53,690 nt of DNA from Bacteroidota bacterium (GTDB taxonomy: Bacteria; Bacteroidota; Bacteroidia; AKYH767-A; OLB10). Below are positions 19,252-29,711 of the stretch, in pieces. The DNA lies in assembly GCA_031423735.1 (NCBI GenBank), contig JANPGA010000182.1, forward strand, positions 1 to 53,690, read 5' to 3'. Position 1 is the stretch's first letter. Each line of letters opens with the position of its first letter. The notes under the pieces were generated by a model, which was given only the letters and a program-made list of their open reading frames with translations, made no database searches and was not told the DNA's origin. The position numbers were made by a program, and so were the translations under genes.

Positions 19252-22200
19252 ATGATGCAATCAACCGATTCCAACTACCGCGAACTCTTAAATAAGCTGG
19301 ATGCTTTCATCCGGAAATATTATATTAACCAGTTAATTCGTGGAGGTATTTATGCCTTTACATTACTGTTAGGATTTTATCTAGCTGTAACGTTACTCGA
19401 ATCATTTGCTTGGTTTAGTACCTCTGTTCGTTCCGTTTTATTTTATTGTTACCTCTCTGCAACTGCAATTGTTTTGTGGAAATTAGTTTTTGTTCCACTC
19501 TCAAAACTCTATCACTTAGGACCAGTAATCAGTCATACCACAGCAGCGAATATTATTGGTGAACATTTTTCTCACATTAAAGATAAACTATTAAACACGT
19601 TACAGCTGCATGATCTTGCCGATGTAAATAAAGATCAGATCTCTTTAATTCATGCGAGTATCAATCAGAAAAGTGAAGAGCTTCGTCCTATCCCTTTTAC
19701 CTCAGCAATTGATCTTCGTAATAACCGTAGATATTTAAAATATGCAGCAATCCCTGCCGTCATCTTTTTAGCCGTTTTAATTGGTGCTCCAAGTTTAATT
19801 ACTGATCCAACAAAACGTTTATTACAACACAATACAACCTTTAGCAAACCTGCTCCTTTTGATTTTAATATTCTCAATAAAAAATTACAAGTTGTACAGT
19901 TCGATGATTTTACACTTGATTTGAAACTGAGAGGAAAAGAAATTCCTCAAGAGGTATTTGTGCAAATTGGAGAAAATCAGTTCCGTTTAGAAAAAGAAAA
20001 TATAGTAAACTTTCACTATGCTTTTAGAAATGTTCAATCTGATATTGAATTCAGATTATTAGCTGATGGCTATAGTTCATCAGAGTATATTTTGCATGCA
20101 GTACCAAATCCTGTTTTGGTAAATTTCAGTATTAGATTGGATTACCCATCATATCTTGGTAAAAAGAACGAAGAGTTGAAAAACACAGGAGATATGATTG
20201 TCCCTGCAGGAACACGCATTTCGTGGAACTTCGGAACTCAGAACACCAGTTCTTTACATTTACGCTTTACAGATACTACTTATACGTTAGCGAATTCTGA
20301 AGAAAATCAATACCAGTTTCAAAAACGATTTATCCAAGGCTCACAATACAGTATTCGTACTTCTAATAAATTCATGGATTCGAAAGATTCTATGCAGTAT
20401 AGCATCATTGTCATTCCTGATCAATTTCCAACTATTCAAGTAGAGCAGCAGCAAGATTCTTCTTCGTACCAGCGTATGTATTTCCGTGGGCTAGCTCATG
20501 ATGATTATGGCTTAAGTAAGTTACAGTTTCGTTATCGATTTATTAAAAGGGATGGTCAGGATGTTGTTGAGCAACCGTTATCAACGTCGCTTCCTGTCAA
20601 TAGAAGCTCAATGCAAGAACAGTTTTTTCATTATTGGGATTTAAGTGCTTTGGATGTTAAACCTGGTGATGAGTTGGAATACTATTTTGAAGTGTGGGAT
20701 AATGATGGTGTACAAGGACCTAAATCGGCACGTTCACAATCTAATATTTTTAAAGCCCCATCATTAAGTGAATTAGCAAAAGATGCCAATGAGAAAAATG
20801 ATGCAATGAAGGATGATTTAGAAGCTAGCATGAATAAGGCTAAAGAACTTCAAAAGCGGTTGAACGATATCAATAAAGATTTGCTCAATAAAAAGAGTCT
20901 TGATTACGAAGATCGTAAAAAGATGAGCGACGTATTGAAAGAGCAGAAAGAGCTAGAAAAGAAGATTGAAGACATCAAAAAGCAAAATCAACAAAATACT
21001 AAGCAGCAAAACGAGTTTAAAAAAGTTGATCCTGATATTGCCGAAAAACAACGTCAGCTAGAAGAGTTATTCGATAAGTTAATGTCGCCTGAAATGAAAA
21101 AGATGATGGCAGAGATGGAGAAATTGATGGCAGAAGTTGACAAGACCAAGCTTCAAGAAATGATGGACAAAATGAAGCTTGATAACAAGGATCTGGAAAA
21201 ACAACTGGATCGTACATTGGAACTTTTCAAGCAAATGGAGTTGGATAAAAAGATGAAGGAAACTGCCGATAACCTTGATCAGCTTTCAAAAGATCAGGAA
21301 AAACTTGCAGATAAAAGTGAGGAGAAAAATGCTGATGCCGATAAGCTAAAAGACCAACAAGATTCGTTAGGGAAAAAGTTTGATGATATTAAGAAGGATC
21401 TTAAAGACATTGAAAAGAAAAATGAAGAGCTTGATTTTTCGGAAGACTTAAAAAGTTTCGAAAAAGAGGAAGAGTCGATTGACAAGGACATGAAAGAAAG
21501 TTCGGATCAATTGGAGCAAGGTAAAAGCGGGAAGGCTAAGAAACCTCAAAAAGATGCTGCCAAAAAGATGAAAGAGCTTTCTGATAAAGTTAAGTCTCAG
21601 CAAAAGCAAGCACAAGAAGAACAAGAGGAAGAAGACGAACAAGCGTTAAGGGCATTACTTGAAAATTTGCTTCGGTTCTCCTTCGATCAGGAAGCATTAA
21701 TGGAAGACTTGAAAAAAGTAGACATTAATAATCCGCGTTATTTGGTAATGGCACAAACTCAACGAAAGTTGAAGGATGATTCGAAAGTTATTGAAGATTC
21801 ATTGTTGGCATTAAGTAAACGAGTGGCTCAAATATCTTCTAATGTTAATGAACAGATAACCGATATAAATGCCAATACCGAAAAGGCATTGGATAATTTA
21901 CAGGATCGTCAGGTAGCGATGGCTCGATCGAACCAACAGTTTGTGATGACGGCCGTTAATAATTTGGCATTGATGTTAAGTGAAACGTTGGATCAAATGC
22001 AGCAGGCGATGAAACAGCCAAGTAGTGGAGAATGTAAAAAGCCTGGAAAAGGGAAACCGAAGCCTGGTCCAACTGCTGGTGATGTTAAAAAGATGCAGGA
22101 AAAGTTGGCAAAGCAACTTAAGGAGATGAAGGAGAAATTGGATAAAGACGGAAAATTGCCGAATGGCAAGAAACCAGGTGAAGGACAAGGAGGAATGAGT

Positions 22201-22617
22201 GAGCAGTTAGCACGGATGGCTGCGCAACAAGAAGCGTTAAGAAATGCGATTCAGGAAATGAATCAAAAGGACAATAAAGATGGGCAAGGAAAGCTGGGTG
22301 ACCTCAATAAAATCGCCCAACAAATGGAAGAAACGGAAAAGGACATTGTGAATAAACGTATTTCTGACATGACCCTGAACCGTCAACAGGAAATTTTAAC
22401 ACGCTTATTAGAATCTGAAAAGGCAGAGCGGGAACGTGATAAAGAAGAGCGTAGAGAGTCAAGTGAGGCGAAAGATATTTCACGAACTCCTCCACAATTT
22501 GAAGAATACAAAAGGTTAAAAATGAGGGAAACTGAATTGTTGAAAACCATCCCGCCATCCTTCTCAACCTTTTACAAAAACTTAGTTAATTCGTACTTCC
22601 AAAGTATTGAAGATTGA
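19252..22617 (+). CDS. DUF4175-type large membrane-anchored coiled-coil protein (function unknown)
   Basis: 1121 aa. N-terminal TM helices, a beta-rich middle region and a ~500-aa K/E/D/Q-rich coiled-coil segment. The family name is from memory of similar ~1100-aa Bacteroidota proteins, not from a search. Confidence 0.65.
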   Translation: MMQSTDSNYRELLNKLDAFIRKYYINQLIRGGIYAFTLLLGFYLAVTLLESFAWFSTSVRSVLFYCYLSATAIVLWKLVFVPLSKLYHLGPVISHTTAANIIGEHFSHIKDKLLNTLQLHDLADVNKDQISLIHASINQKSEELRPIPFTSAIDLRNNRRYLKYAAIPAVIFLAVLIGAPSLITDPTKRLLQHNTTFSKPAPFDFNILNKKLQVVQFDDFTLDLKLRGKEIPQEVFVQIGENQFRLEKENIVNFHYAFRNVQSDIEFRLLADGYSSSEYILHAVPNPVLVNFSIRLDYPSYLGKKNEELKNTGDMIVPAGTRISWNFGTQNTSSLHLRFTDTTYTLANSEENQYQFQKRFIQGSQYSIRTSNKFMDSKDSMQYSIIVIPDQFPTIQVEQQQDSSSYQRMYFRGLAHDDYGLSKLQFRYRFIKRDGQDVVEQPLSTSLPVNRSSMQEQFFHYWDLSALDVKPGDELEYYFEVWDNDGVQGPKSARSQSNIFKAPSLSELAKDANEKNDAMKDDLEASMNKAKELQKRLNDINKDLLNKKSLDYEDRKKMSDVLKEQKELEKKIEDIKKQNQQNTKQQNEFKKVDPDIAEKQRQLEELFDKLMSPEMKKMMAEMEKLMAEVDKTKLQEMMDKMKLDNKDLEKQLDRTLELFKQMELDKKMKETADNLDQLSKDQEKLADKSEEKNADADKLKDQQDSLGKKFDDIKKDLKDIEKKNEELDFSEDLKSFEKEEESIDKDMKESSDQLEQGKSGKAKKPQKDAAKKMKELSDKVKSQQKQAQEEQEEEDEQALRALLENLLRFSFDQEALMEDLKKVDINNPRYLVMAQTQRKLKDDSKVIEDSLLALSKRVAQISSNVNEQITDINANTEKALDNLQDRQVAMARSNQQFVMTAVNNLALMLSETLDQMQQAMKQPSSGECKKPGKGKPKPGPTAGDVKKMQEKLAKQLKEMKEKLDKDGKLPNGKKPGEGQGGMSEQLARMAAQQEALRNAIQEMNQKDNKDGQGKLGDLNKIAQQMEETEKDIVNKRISDMTLNRQQEILTRLLESEKAERERDKEERRESSEAKDISRTPPQFEEYKRLKMRETELLKTIPPSFSTFYKNLVNSYFQSIED

Positions 22618-22618
22618 T

Positions 22619-23050
22619 ATGATGAACACAGAGAAGCAAACATTCAACTTACAGATAGTATCACAACCTGAAAGCATCAACTTAGTTGAGAAGCTTATTG
22701 ATGATATTAAGGCTGAATATAATATTCATGAAGAGTGCTATGGTAATATGTTGGTTGCCGTTACTGAAGCGGTAAATAACGCCATGCAACATGGAAATAA
22801 GTATGATCCAGATCTTAAAGTAAATATTGCCTATGAGGTTGATTCTGAACAAATTGGCTTTATTGTTTCAGATGAAGGCCCAGGCTTTGATTTTATGAAT
22901 ATTCCTGACCCAACCGACCCTGAGAATTTAGAAAGACCAACTGGTCGTGGTGTTTTCTTAATGAAGCATTTAGCTGATCAAATTGTCTTTTCAGATAACG
23001 GGAAGGTTGTAGAACTTTATTTTAAGACAGGTGGTCATATTGAAGAGTAG
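22619..23050 (+). CDS. RsbW/SpoIIAB-like ATP-binding protein (HATPase_c_2, anti-sigma-type Ser kinase fold)
   Basis: N-box EAVNNAMQHGN and G-box DEGPGFD...GRGVFLMK. The ATG at 22619 lies 1 nt after the upstream TGA (22615-22617). The track's TTG at 22607 overlaps that gene. Confidence 0.8.
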   Translation: MMNTEKQTFNLQIVSQPESINLVEKLIDDIKAEYNIHEECYGNMLVAVTEAVNNAMQHGNKYDPDLKVNIAYEVDSEQIGFIVSDEGPGFDFMNIPDPTDPENLERPTGRGVFLMKHLADQIVFSDNGKVVELYFKTGGHIEE

Positions 23051-23082
23051 TTTAATTCTTTTTATGGATTAATTTTATTTAA

Positions 23083-23508
23083 ATGGCTATTAATTTTTTT
23101 AATGCTGACGTTAACTACACTATAAAAGGTAAGTTAAAGATTAAGGCATGGTTGATTTCTACAGCTAAAAATGAAGGTTTTATTATAAACTCACTGAACA
23201 TAATTTTATGTTCAGATGAGTATTTATTTAATCTCAATAAAGAGTTTTTAAGTCATGTTACTTATACTGATATTATCACTTTCGATTATGGCGAACGACG
23301 CTATAGCCTAGAGGGTGAGTTGTACATTAGTATTGAACGAGTACGGGAAAACGCATCCACTTTAGGTATTACAATGACCAACGAGTTACACCGTGTAATA
23401 GTACATGGGCTTTTACATTTATGTGGCTATAAGGATAAGTCGAAAGGTAATAAGGCTATTATGTCAAGTAAAGAGGATCACTATCTTTCATTGCGTAAGT
23501 TTTTATAA
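23083..23508 (+). CDS. ybeY: rRNA maturation endoribonuclease YbeY
   Basis: 141 aa with the H-x-x-x-H-x-x-G motif region VIVHGLLHLCGYKD. Confidence 0.9.
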   Translation: MAINFFNADVNYTIKGKLKIKAWLISTAKNEGFIINSLNIILCSDEYLFNLNKEFLSHVTYTDIITFDYGERRYSLEGELYISIERVRENASTLGITMTNELHRVIVHGLLHLCGYKDKSKGNKAIMSSKEDHYLSLRKFL

Positions 23509-23707
23509 ACTAATGTTTTAACAAGTAATTCGGCATTTTCACCACTTTTTATTATTTGTGTTATAGGCGTGGAGGTGAATCGCCATTCTTTTGGTGTTGT
23601 TTCACGTGATTTGAAGGTTATTCACTTTTAGTGGCTGATAACTTTTTACTTTTAAAGTGTTGATCATCAATAAATTAATGTACATTTATAGTTCAATTTA
23701 CTTAATA

Positions 23708-23723
23708 TGTTTCACGTGGAACA
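23708..23723. other. parS centromere-like site (16/16 match to consensus)
   Basis: TGTTTCACGTGGAACA. Its reverse complement TGTTCCACGTGAAACA fits TGTTNCACGTGAAACA exactly. Confidence 0.8.
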
Positions 23724-23724
23724 A

Positions 23725-25596
23725 ATGAAATATCCCGATTACGATGTGATAGTTGTGGGTGCTGGTCATGCAGGATGTGAGGCAGCAGCAGCGGCGGCAA
23801 ATATGGGTTCAAAGGTGCTTTTGATCACCATGAACATGCAAAATATTGCTCAAATGAGTTGTAATCCTGCTATGGGAGGTATTGCTAAAGGTCAAATAGT
23901 GCGTGAAATCGATGCTTTGGGAGGCTATTCGGGCATCGTAAGCGATCGCAGTTCAATACAGTTCCGAATGCTTAATCGTTCAAAAGGTCCTGCTGTGTGG
24001 AGCCCTAGAGCGCAGAATGACCGTATGCTTTTTGCCGCTGAATGGCGGAAAATGCTCGAACAAACACCAAATGTTGATTTTGTACAGGATATGGTTAGTA
24101 GTATTAAGCATGAAAATGGTCGTATTACAGGGGTGAATACTTCTATGGGCTTATCTTATAATGCTAAAGCAGTAGTACTCACCAATGGAACCTTTCTAAA
24201 CGGCATTATTCATATTGGAGAAAAGCAATTTGGTGGAGGAAGATCGGGTGAAACTGCTTCAACTGGAATTACAGAGCAATTAGTTGGATTAGGCTTTGAA
24301 AGTGGGCGTATGAAGACAGGAACCCCTCCTAGATTAGACGGAAGATCGCTTGATTATAGTAAAATGGAAGAACAATTTGGTGATGAAAACCCAAGTAAGT
24401 TTTCGTTTACCGATACCCCCAAGTTGGTTAATCAGAAGAGCTGTTTTATGGCTTATACCAACGAAAAGGTACATGAGATCCTCCGTACTGGATTCGAGCA
24501 ATCTCCAATGTATACAGGCCGTATTCAAGGCCTCGGACCACGTTATTGTCCGTCAATAGAAGATAAGATTACTAGATTTTCTGAACGTGATCGTCATCAA
24601 CTTTTTGTTGAGCCAGAGGGTTGGGAAACGGTTGAAATTTACTTAAACGGATTTTCATCATCATTACCTGAAGATGTTCAATATCGTGCTTTACGAAGCA
24701 TTGAAGGTTTCGAAAATGTAAAAATGTTCCGTCCAGGTTATGCCATCGAATATGATTATTTCCCACCCATTCAGTTAAATCATACGCTAGAAACAAAGCT
24801 CGTAGAGGGCTTATATTTTGCCGGACAGATCAACGGAACTACTGGATATGAAGAAGCAGCCTGTCAAGGTTTAATGGCTGGTATCAATGCACATCGAAAA
24901 ATCAACAATCTGAATCCTGTTATTTTAAGTAGATCGGAAGCATATATCGGAGTACTAATTGATGATTTAATTACGAAGGGTACTGATGAACCATATCGCA
25001 TGTTTACAAGTAGAGCCGAATTCAGAACTTTGCTTCGTCAGGATAATGCTGATATCCGTTTAACACCTTTAGGATATGAAATTGGACTTGCTAGTAAGGA
25101 AAGAATGGATGCCGTTAATTCAAAAGTGTCTGGTAATCAATTAGTTATAAATTTATTAAAGAATACCAGTGTTACACCGGAGGAAGCAAATCCTTGGTTA
25201 GAATCGATGGGAACAGATCATATTCGTCAGAAAGCAAGATTTAATAATTTGCTGGGGCGACCTCAGATTTCATTAAAACCGATGATTGAAGCTTTTCCAC
25301 AACTAGCTTTAGTGATGGCTGAGGCTAACGTTACCGACGAGTTTTTGGAGCAAGCAGAAATCAATATTAAGTACGAGGGATATATTCTTAAAGAATCTGA
25401 ACTAGCTGAAAAGATGAATCGGTTGGAATATATTATCATAAAAGATGATTTCGACTTTTCGAATATTCATTCAATTTCTACGGAAGCAAAACAAAAATTG
25501 GCGCAAATTCGTCCAAAAACGTTAGGCCAGGCTTCACGTATTTCTGGCGTTACTCCTTCTGATTTGTCGGTTTTGATGGTTCATTTAGGTCGTTAG
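23725..25596 (+). CDS. mnmG: tRNA uridine 5-carboxymethylaminomethyl modification enzyme MnmG (GidA)
   Basis: [19 protein letters not shown]-binding motif and full-length similarity to GidA. I prefer the start at MKYPDYDV (23725). The track's extra MFHVEQ (23707) is the translated parS site. Confidence 0.95.
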   Translation: MKYPDYDVIVVGAGHAGCEAAAAAANMGSKVLLITMNMQNIAQMSCNPAMGGIAKGQIVREIDALGGYSGIVSDRSSIQFRMLNRSKGPAVWSPRAQNDRMLFAAEWRKMLEQTPNVDFVQDMVSSIKHENGRITGVNTSMGLSYNAKAVVLTNGTFLNGIIHIGEKQFGGGRSGETASTGITEQLVGLGFESGRMKTGTPPRLDGRSLDYSKMEEQFGDENPSKFSFTDTPKLVNQKSCFMAYTNEKVHEILRTGFEQSPMYTGRIQGLGPRYCPSIEDKITRFSERDRHQLFVEPEGWETVEIYLNGFSSSLPEDVQYRALRSIEGFENVKMFRPGYAIEYDYFPPIQLNHTLETKLVEGLYFAGQINGTTGYEEAACQGLMAGINAHRKINNLNPVILSRSEAYIGVLIDDLITKGTDEPYRMFTSRAEFRTLLRQDNADIRLTPLGYEIGLASKERMDAVNSKVSGNQLVINLLKNTSVTPEEANPWLESMGTDHIRQKARFNNLLGRPQISLKPMIEAFPQLALVMAEANVTDEFLEQAEINIKYEGYILKESELAEKMNRLEYIIIKDDFDFSNIHSISTEAKQKLAQIRPKTLGQASRISGVTPSDLSVLMVHLGR

Positions 25597-25597
25597 A

Positions 25598-25613
25598 TGT
25601 TTCACGTGGAACT
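25598..25613. other. parS centromere-like site (15/16)
   Basis: TGTTTCACGTGGAACT, beginning 1 nt after the mnmG stop codon. The 16 nt ATGTTTCACGTGGAAC are identical to those at 23707-23722. Confidence 0.75.
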
Positions 25614-25704
25614 AATTTCTCTTGATAAACTTGAAAAAACAATTGCCTACAGAGCGTTAGATGATTATAAATCCTATTAAATTCGCTTAAATTACCCCTA
25701 TTAA

Positions 25705-26595
25705 ATGCCGGAATTACTGCTCAATTGCCCTATATGTGCTTCAAATAAGCTTTCTTATTCGTTTGAATGCCTTGATTATACAGTGACACGTGAAACATTT
25801 GTTATCCAGAAGTGTGATTCTTGTAGTTTCTTATTCACCAATCCTCGTCCTAAGATTGATGAAATCTCTAAATATTATAAATCAGATACTTACATATCGC
25901 ATACCAACTCTGTAAAGGGGCTATTAAATAAGGTTTATCAAGCCATTCGTGATCGTGCAATACGTAAAAAGGTAGAATTAATCGAGTCTTATGGTCCTTT
26001 ACCCAAAGCAATACTAGATTATGGCTGCGGAACGGGTGAGTTTTTGTCAAAGGCGAAGGCTGCTGGCTGGGTTTCTTCTGGTTTAGAACCCGATCCTGAT
26101 GCAAGAAAGCTCGCAATAGCCAATCACGACCTAAAGGTTGGACAATTAACTGATTTACAATTGTTTGAAAAGGCGCAATTTGGTGTTATTACACTATGGC
26201 ACGTATTGGAGCATGTACATAGTTTGCAAGAAACAATTGCGCAATTCCATAGGATTTTAAGTGCTGAAGGCGTACTTATTATTGCAGTGCCAAACTGTAA
26301 AGGGTTAGATGCACAAGAGTATAAATCCTATTGGGCAGCATATGATGTTCCACGTCATTTATATCATTTTTCACGAGAGGATATGACCTTATTAATGGAA
26401 ATAAACGGATTTAAAATTGACTCCATACAACCAATGTTTTTTGATCCATTTTATATCTCTTTACTCAGTGAGAAATATAAAAACGGATGGATGAATCCTC
26501 TTAAAGCATTTTTAATGGGCATAAAAACAACCTTAAAAGGTAAAGGAAATATCGATTTAAATTCAAGTTTAGTATACGTGATTAAGAAGAAATGA
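25705..26595 (+). CDS. Class I SAM-dependent methyltransferase with N-terminal CxxC...CxxC zinc-ribbon-like module
   Basis: CPIC...CDSC at the N-terminus. Motif I is ILDYGCGTGEF. Also contains VITLWHVLEHV. Confidence 0.85.
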   Translation: MPELLLNCPICASNKLSYSFECLDYTVTRETFVIQKCDSCSFLFTNPRPKIDEISKYYKSDTYISHTNSVKGLLNKVYQAIRDRAIRKKVELIESYGPLPKAILDYGCGTGEFLSKAKAAGWVSSGLEPDPDARKLAIANHDLKVGQLTDLQLFEKAQFGVITLWHVLEHVHSLQETIAQFHRILSAEGVLIIAVPNCKGLDAQEYKSYWAAYDVPRHLYHFSREDMTLLMEINGFKIDSIQPMFFDPFYISLLSEKYKNGWMNPLKAFLMGIKTTLKGKGNIDLNSSLVYVIKKK

Positions 26596-26789
26596 TATTT
26601 AAATAGCATAAATGGAGTGATTAATGAGTGGGTATAATTCCACGAATACTTGTTAAAAGAGTGATAATTCCAATCAATAATAAGGCTTCCCATATACGTG
26701 GAACATGATCTACGAGGTCTTTTAAAAGCAGAGTAGTTTTCGAAGTATTTTTTAAATTGCTAGGCAATCAACTATAAATGGATTGAAAA

Positions 26790-27293
26790 ATGGAAAATCG
26801 AATCACAATAATAGAAGTTAAAAATATTGAAGAATTTTCTGAAGCAAAAAATTTGATCTTGGAATATGTAATATGGCTCAGCATGGAAGGTGGTCTAGAG
26901 GTGAAAGCTATTTTGTCTTCTCAAAATTTTGATAAAGAAATGGAGACATTGCCATCAACTTATGGGAATCCTAATGGTGGAATATTTATAGCGAAAAATA
27001 ATGGCAAAGCAGTCGCTGTTGCAGGAATAAAAAGATTTAGTAATACAGATTGTGAGGTAAAAAGAATGTTTGTACAAAAGGATAGTAGAGGTTTGGGAGT
27101 TGGAAAACTATTACTGATGAACTGCATCGAAATAGCAAAAAAGTTAAACTACAAAATAATCAAACTTGATACTGCCGATTTTATGAATTCTGCAATAAAG
27201 CTATATATAGATAATGGCTTTGTTGAAATCCCAGCCTATAGGGAAAATATGCACGAACATGCCAGATACTTTGAATTAGAGTTGAAGAGTTGA
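26790..27293 (+). CDS. GNAT family N-acetyltransferase
   Basis: 167 aa with the acetyl-CoA binding motif VQKDSRGLGVGKLLL. Confidence 0.85.
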   Translation: MENRITIIEVKNIEEFSEAKNLILEYVIWLSMEGGLEVKAILSSQNFDKEMETLPSTYGNPNGGIFIAKNNGKAVAVAGIKRFSNTDCEVKRMFVQKDSRGLGVGKLLLMNCIEIAKKLNYKIIKLDTADFMNSAIKLYIDNGFVEIPAYRENMHEHARYFELELKS

Positions 27294-27485
27294 TTGATGG
27301 ATTAGGAGAATAAATATCTCAAAATAAAAGCAAAAATTTCTGATTAGTAAAATTGCAGCAACCTTGTTTCCACAAAACATTTGAATTATAACCCAAAACA
27401 TAAGGGGATTTCACTTTCGCCAATCCGATGACCGTTATAAAAGAATTCATTAATAGCTTTAAAAACTAATATTTTAAAAAAGTAA

Positions 27486-28070
27486 ATGAAACCAATTTTT
27501 TTTGCAAAATCATCTGAATTTAGAAAATGGCTAGATAAAAACCATAAGAAGGAAACTGAACTAGTGGTTGGCTTTTATAAAATTAATAGTGGAAAGCCAA
27601 GTATTACATGGTCTCAATCTGTAGATGAAGCACTTTGCTATGGCTGGATAGATGGCATACGAAAATCAATCGACAAAGACAGTTATCAAATTCGGTTTAC
27701 GCCACGAAAATCAACGAGTATTTGGAGTGCGATTAATATTAAAAAAGTAGAAACGCTTACTAAAGCAGGCCTCATGCAATCAGCAGGACTTGCTAGTTTT
27801 AAAAAGCGGAAGGATGATAAATCTAGTGTTTATTCATACGAGAATGTTGAATTGGCGCTGTCGCCAGAATTGGAAAAGCCATTAAAAGCTAACAAAGAGG
27901 TTTGGGATTACTTTCAATCACTTGCACCTTGCTACAAAAAGCTTTCAATACATTGGGTTATGAGCGCAAAGCAAACGACAACACAACTAAAGCGACTAAA
28001 GGAACTGATTTTTGATTGTGAGGCAAAATCCAATAAATGGAAAGATAATAGGTACAATAAAAAAGGATAA
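27486..28070 (+). CDS. YdeI/OmpD-associated family protein
   Basis: 194 aa. The block CYGWIDGIRKSIDKDSYQIRFTPRKSTSIWS is typical of this family. Confidence 0.7.
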   Translation: MKPIFFAKSSEFRKWLDKNHKKETELVVGFYKINSGKPSITWSQSVDEALCYGWIDGIRKSIDKDSYQIRFTPRKSTSIWSAINIKKVETLTKAGLMQSAGLASFKKRKDDKSSVYSYENVELALSPELEKPLKANKEVWDYFQSLAPCYKKLSIHWVMSAKQTTTQLKRLKELIFDCEAKSNKWKDNRYNKKG

Positions 28071-28211
28071 ACAAGATTAATAATGTATTATGATTTGAAT
28101 CCTATAATTATAGTCATTTGCGTTAAGGTAGAATCTCGATTACTAATGGAATTCTATAGATCACGACATCACTAAAAAGCACTTTATCTAATTCACGAGC
28201 TAGAAAAACAA

Positions 28212-28535
28212 ATGATATTATCAATAACTAAAATAGAATTAAATTCTTACTCCAAACTTCTTGCTTTTTTTAAATTTAATGGACAAATTATGGCGGAGTT
28301 AAAGCAGTCGAAGTGCATAAAATATAAAGCCACAGGTAGCTGGAATTTAAAATGTTGGTACACCATGACCTTATGGGACGATGAAAATGAAATTAATAAT
28401 TTTTATCGCAACGGAATCCATTTGGAGGCTATGAAAAAATCTAAAACATTTTCTACTAACATTCAATCTAAAAGATTACCCAAGGAGGATTTTATTAGTT
28501 GGACAGAGGTAAAGATGTTGTTTAGTGATCGTTAA
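28212..28535 (+). CDS. Small hypothetical protein (possibly DUF3291/ABM-like)
   Basis: 107-aa ORF with no overlap to neighbours. The resemblance to ABM-fold proteins (WYTMTLWDDENEINNFYRNGIHLEAM) is weak. Confidence 0.4.
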   Translation: MILSITKIELNSYSKLLAFFKFNGQIMAELKQSKCIKYKATGSWNLKCWYTMTLWDDENEINNFYRNGIHLEAMKKSKTFSTNIQSKRLPKEDFISWTEVKMLFSDR

Positions 28536-28702
28536 GAATTGGTAATAACATGCCCTAAAAAAAGTTTACAGCTTTGTGAATTGATCCAGATATACTTTTA
28601 CTATACTCCTATGAAAAAAACAAATCCAAAGATTATGTATTACTAAAAAAAATTATTTTTGAATGAAGGATATAAAGCAATAATTTAATTGTACTGATTC
28701 AA

Positions 28703-29326
28703 ATGAAAATACGACCAGAAGATTTAACCGAAAATGGTTACGTTCTACTTGATAGCCTTGGACATAAGGAAATTATTCCATTTGTAAGAACCTACTTAAA
28801 TAAACGGACTCCGATTTCATTGTTTTATATGATTAGCAACATCTTAATTGCGGGAATAATAGTTTTCTGGTTTTGGAAAAATTATGGAACAGAAAAATTC
28901 AAATTTGATGACGGCTTTACACATTTATCCTACGGGCTTGCAATTGCATTTGGACTAATTCCATTCCACGAATATATTCATGTATTGGCCTATAAATCAC
29001 AAGGAGCATTGAAGACGTCTTATGATGCTAACTTTAAAAAGTTTTATTTTATGGCCATAGCCGACAAGTTTGTAGCAAATAAAGGTGAGTTTAGAATAGT
29101 AGCACTTGCACCATTTGTAGTAATTACAATAACGCTAATAATTTTATTGTGTTTTACAAATAGAAATTGGGACTTTACCATTCTAGGAGTGATGCTTACC
29201 CATACTGCATTTTCGTCAGGTGACTTTGGAATACTGAGCTATTTTGATTTTCATAAAGAAAAAGAAATTGTAACCTATGACGATAAGGAAAACAACATTT
29301 CCTTTTTTTATTGGAAGAAAAAATAG
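28703..29326 (+). CDS. DUF3267-type putative membrane zincin peptidase
   Basis: 207 aa. The HExxH motif (HEYIH) sits beside TM helices, as in DUF3267. Confidence 0.65.
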   Translation: MKIRPEDLTENGYVLLDSLGHKEIIPFVRTYLNKRTPISLFYMISNILIAGIIVFWFWKNYGTEKFKFDDGFTHLSYGLAIAFGLIPFHEYIHVLAYKSQGALKTSYDANFKKFYFMAIADKFVANKGEFRIVALAPFVVITITLIILLCFTNRNWDFTILGVMLTHTAFSSGDFGILSYFDFHKEKEIVTYDDKENNISFFYWKKK

Positions 29327-29711
29327 AATAATTCTTGTAAGTTCATTTTGCAATATGTTGTATGAAAAAATTCATAGAAATATTTTTGAATGGATTACCA
29401 TTGGTATATTAAAAGAAATTATATGCTAATAACATGTTTAATTAGGAATATTCAAGTTTTTTAACTCTTGAATGCTCTACAATTTTCTATTTGTTTGGCA
29501 AATAAAGTCTATATTTTTCCAACTTATAAATCTATTCACTATCTTCTTTTGAATTCTTTAATTACGGTTCTCAAGTTTATGAGATTGCTCCTGTTTTGAA
29601 ATATTTTTTATTTATTAAAAATAGATTGGTTTAAAAATTAATCATAAAAAGCACCTCGGTTCGTTTCAATAGTGTTTCAACTAACATAAAATAGACGTAC
29701 ATTTACAAGCT

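Noticed and set aside
20760-22500. Apparent repetitive or low-complexity DNA, with several antisense ORFs, in the DUF4175 gene
   Set aside because: This is a compositional effect of a long K/E/D/Q-rich coiled-coil coding segment (GAA/AAA/AAG codons). I could align no discrete tandem repeat unit.
23509-23706. oriC directly upstream of mnmG, as in E. coli (gidA-oriC)
   Set aside because: Only one 8/9 DnaA-like box (TTATTCACT, 23618-23626) and a degenerate parS are present. The region is too short and motif-poor compared with the other two candidates.
23707-23724. N-terminal extension MFHVEQ of the mnmG ORF in the track
   Set aside because: These codons are the parS 16-mer itself. MnmG orthologues start a few residues before the [12 protein letters not shown] motif, so the ATG at 23725 is the likely start.
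26451-26693. 80-aa minus-strand ORF overlapping the end of the methyltransferase gene
   Set aside because: It overlaps a supported CDS, and its hydrophobic low-complexity translation is typical of AT-rich antisense sequence.
27355-27380. TGTTTCCACAAAACA, a possible additional parS or DnaA box
   Set aside because: It is one nucleotide short and lacks the central CACGTG of parS. As a DnaA box (GTTTCCACA) it matches only 7/9.
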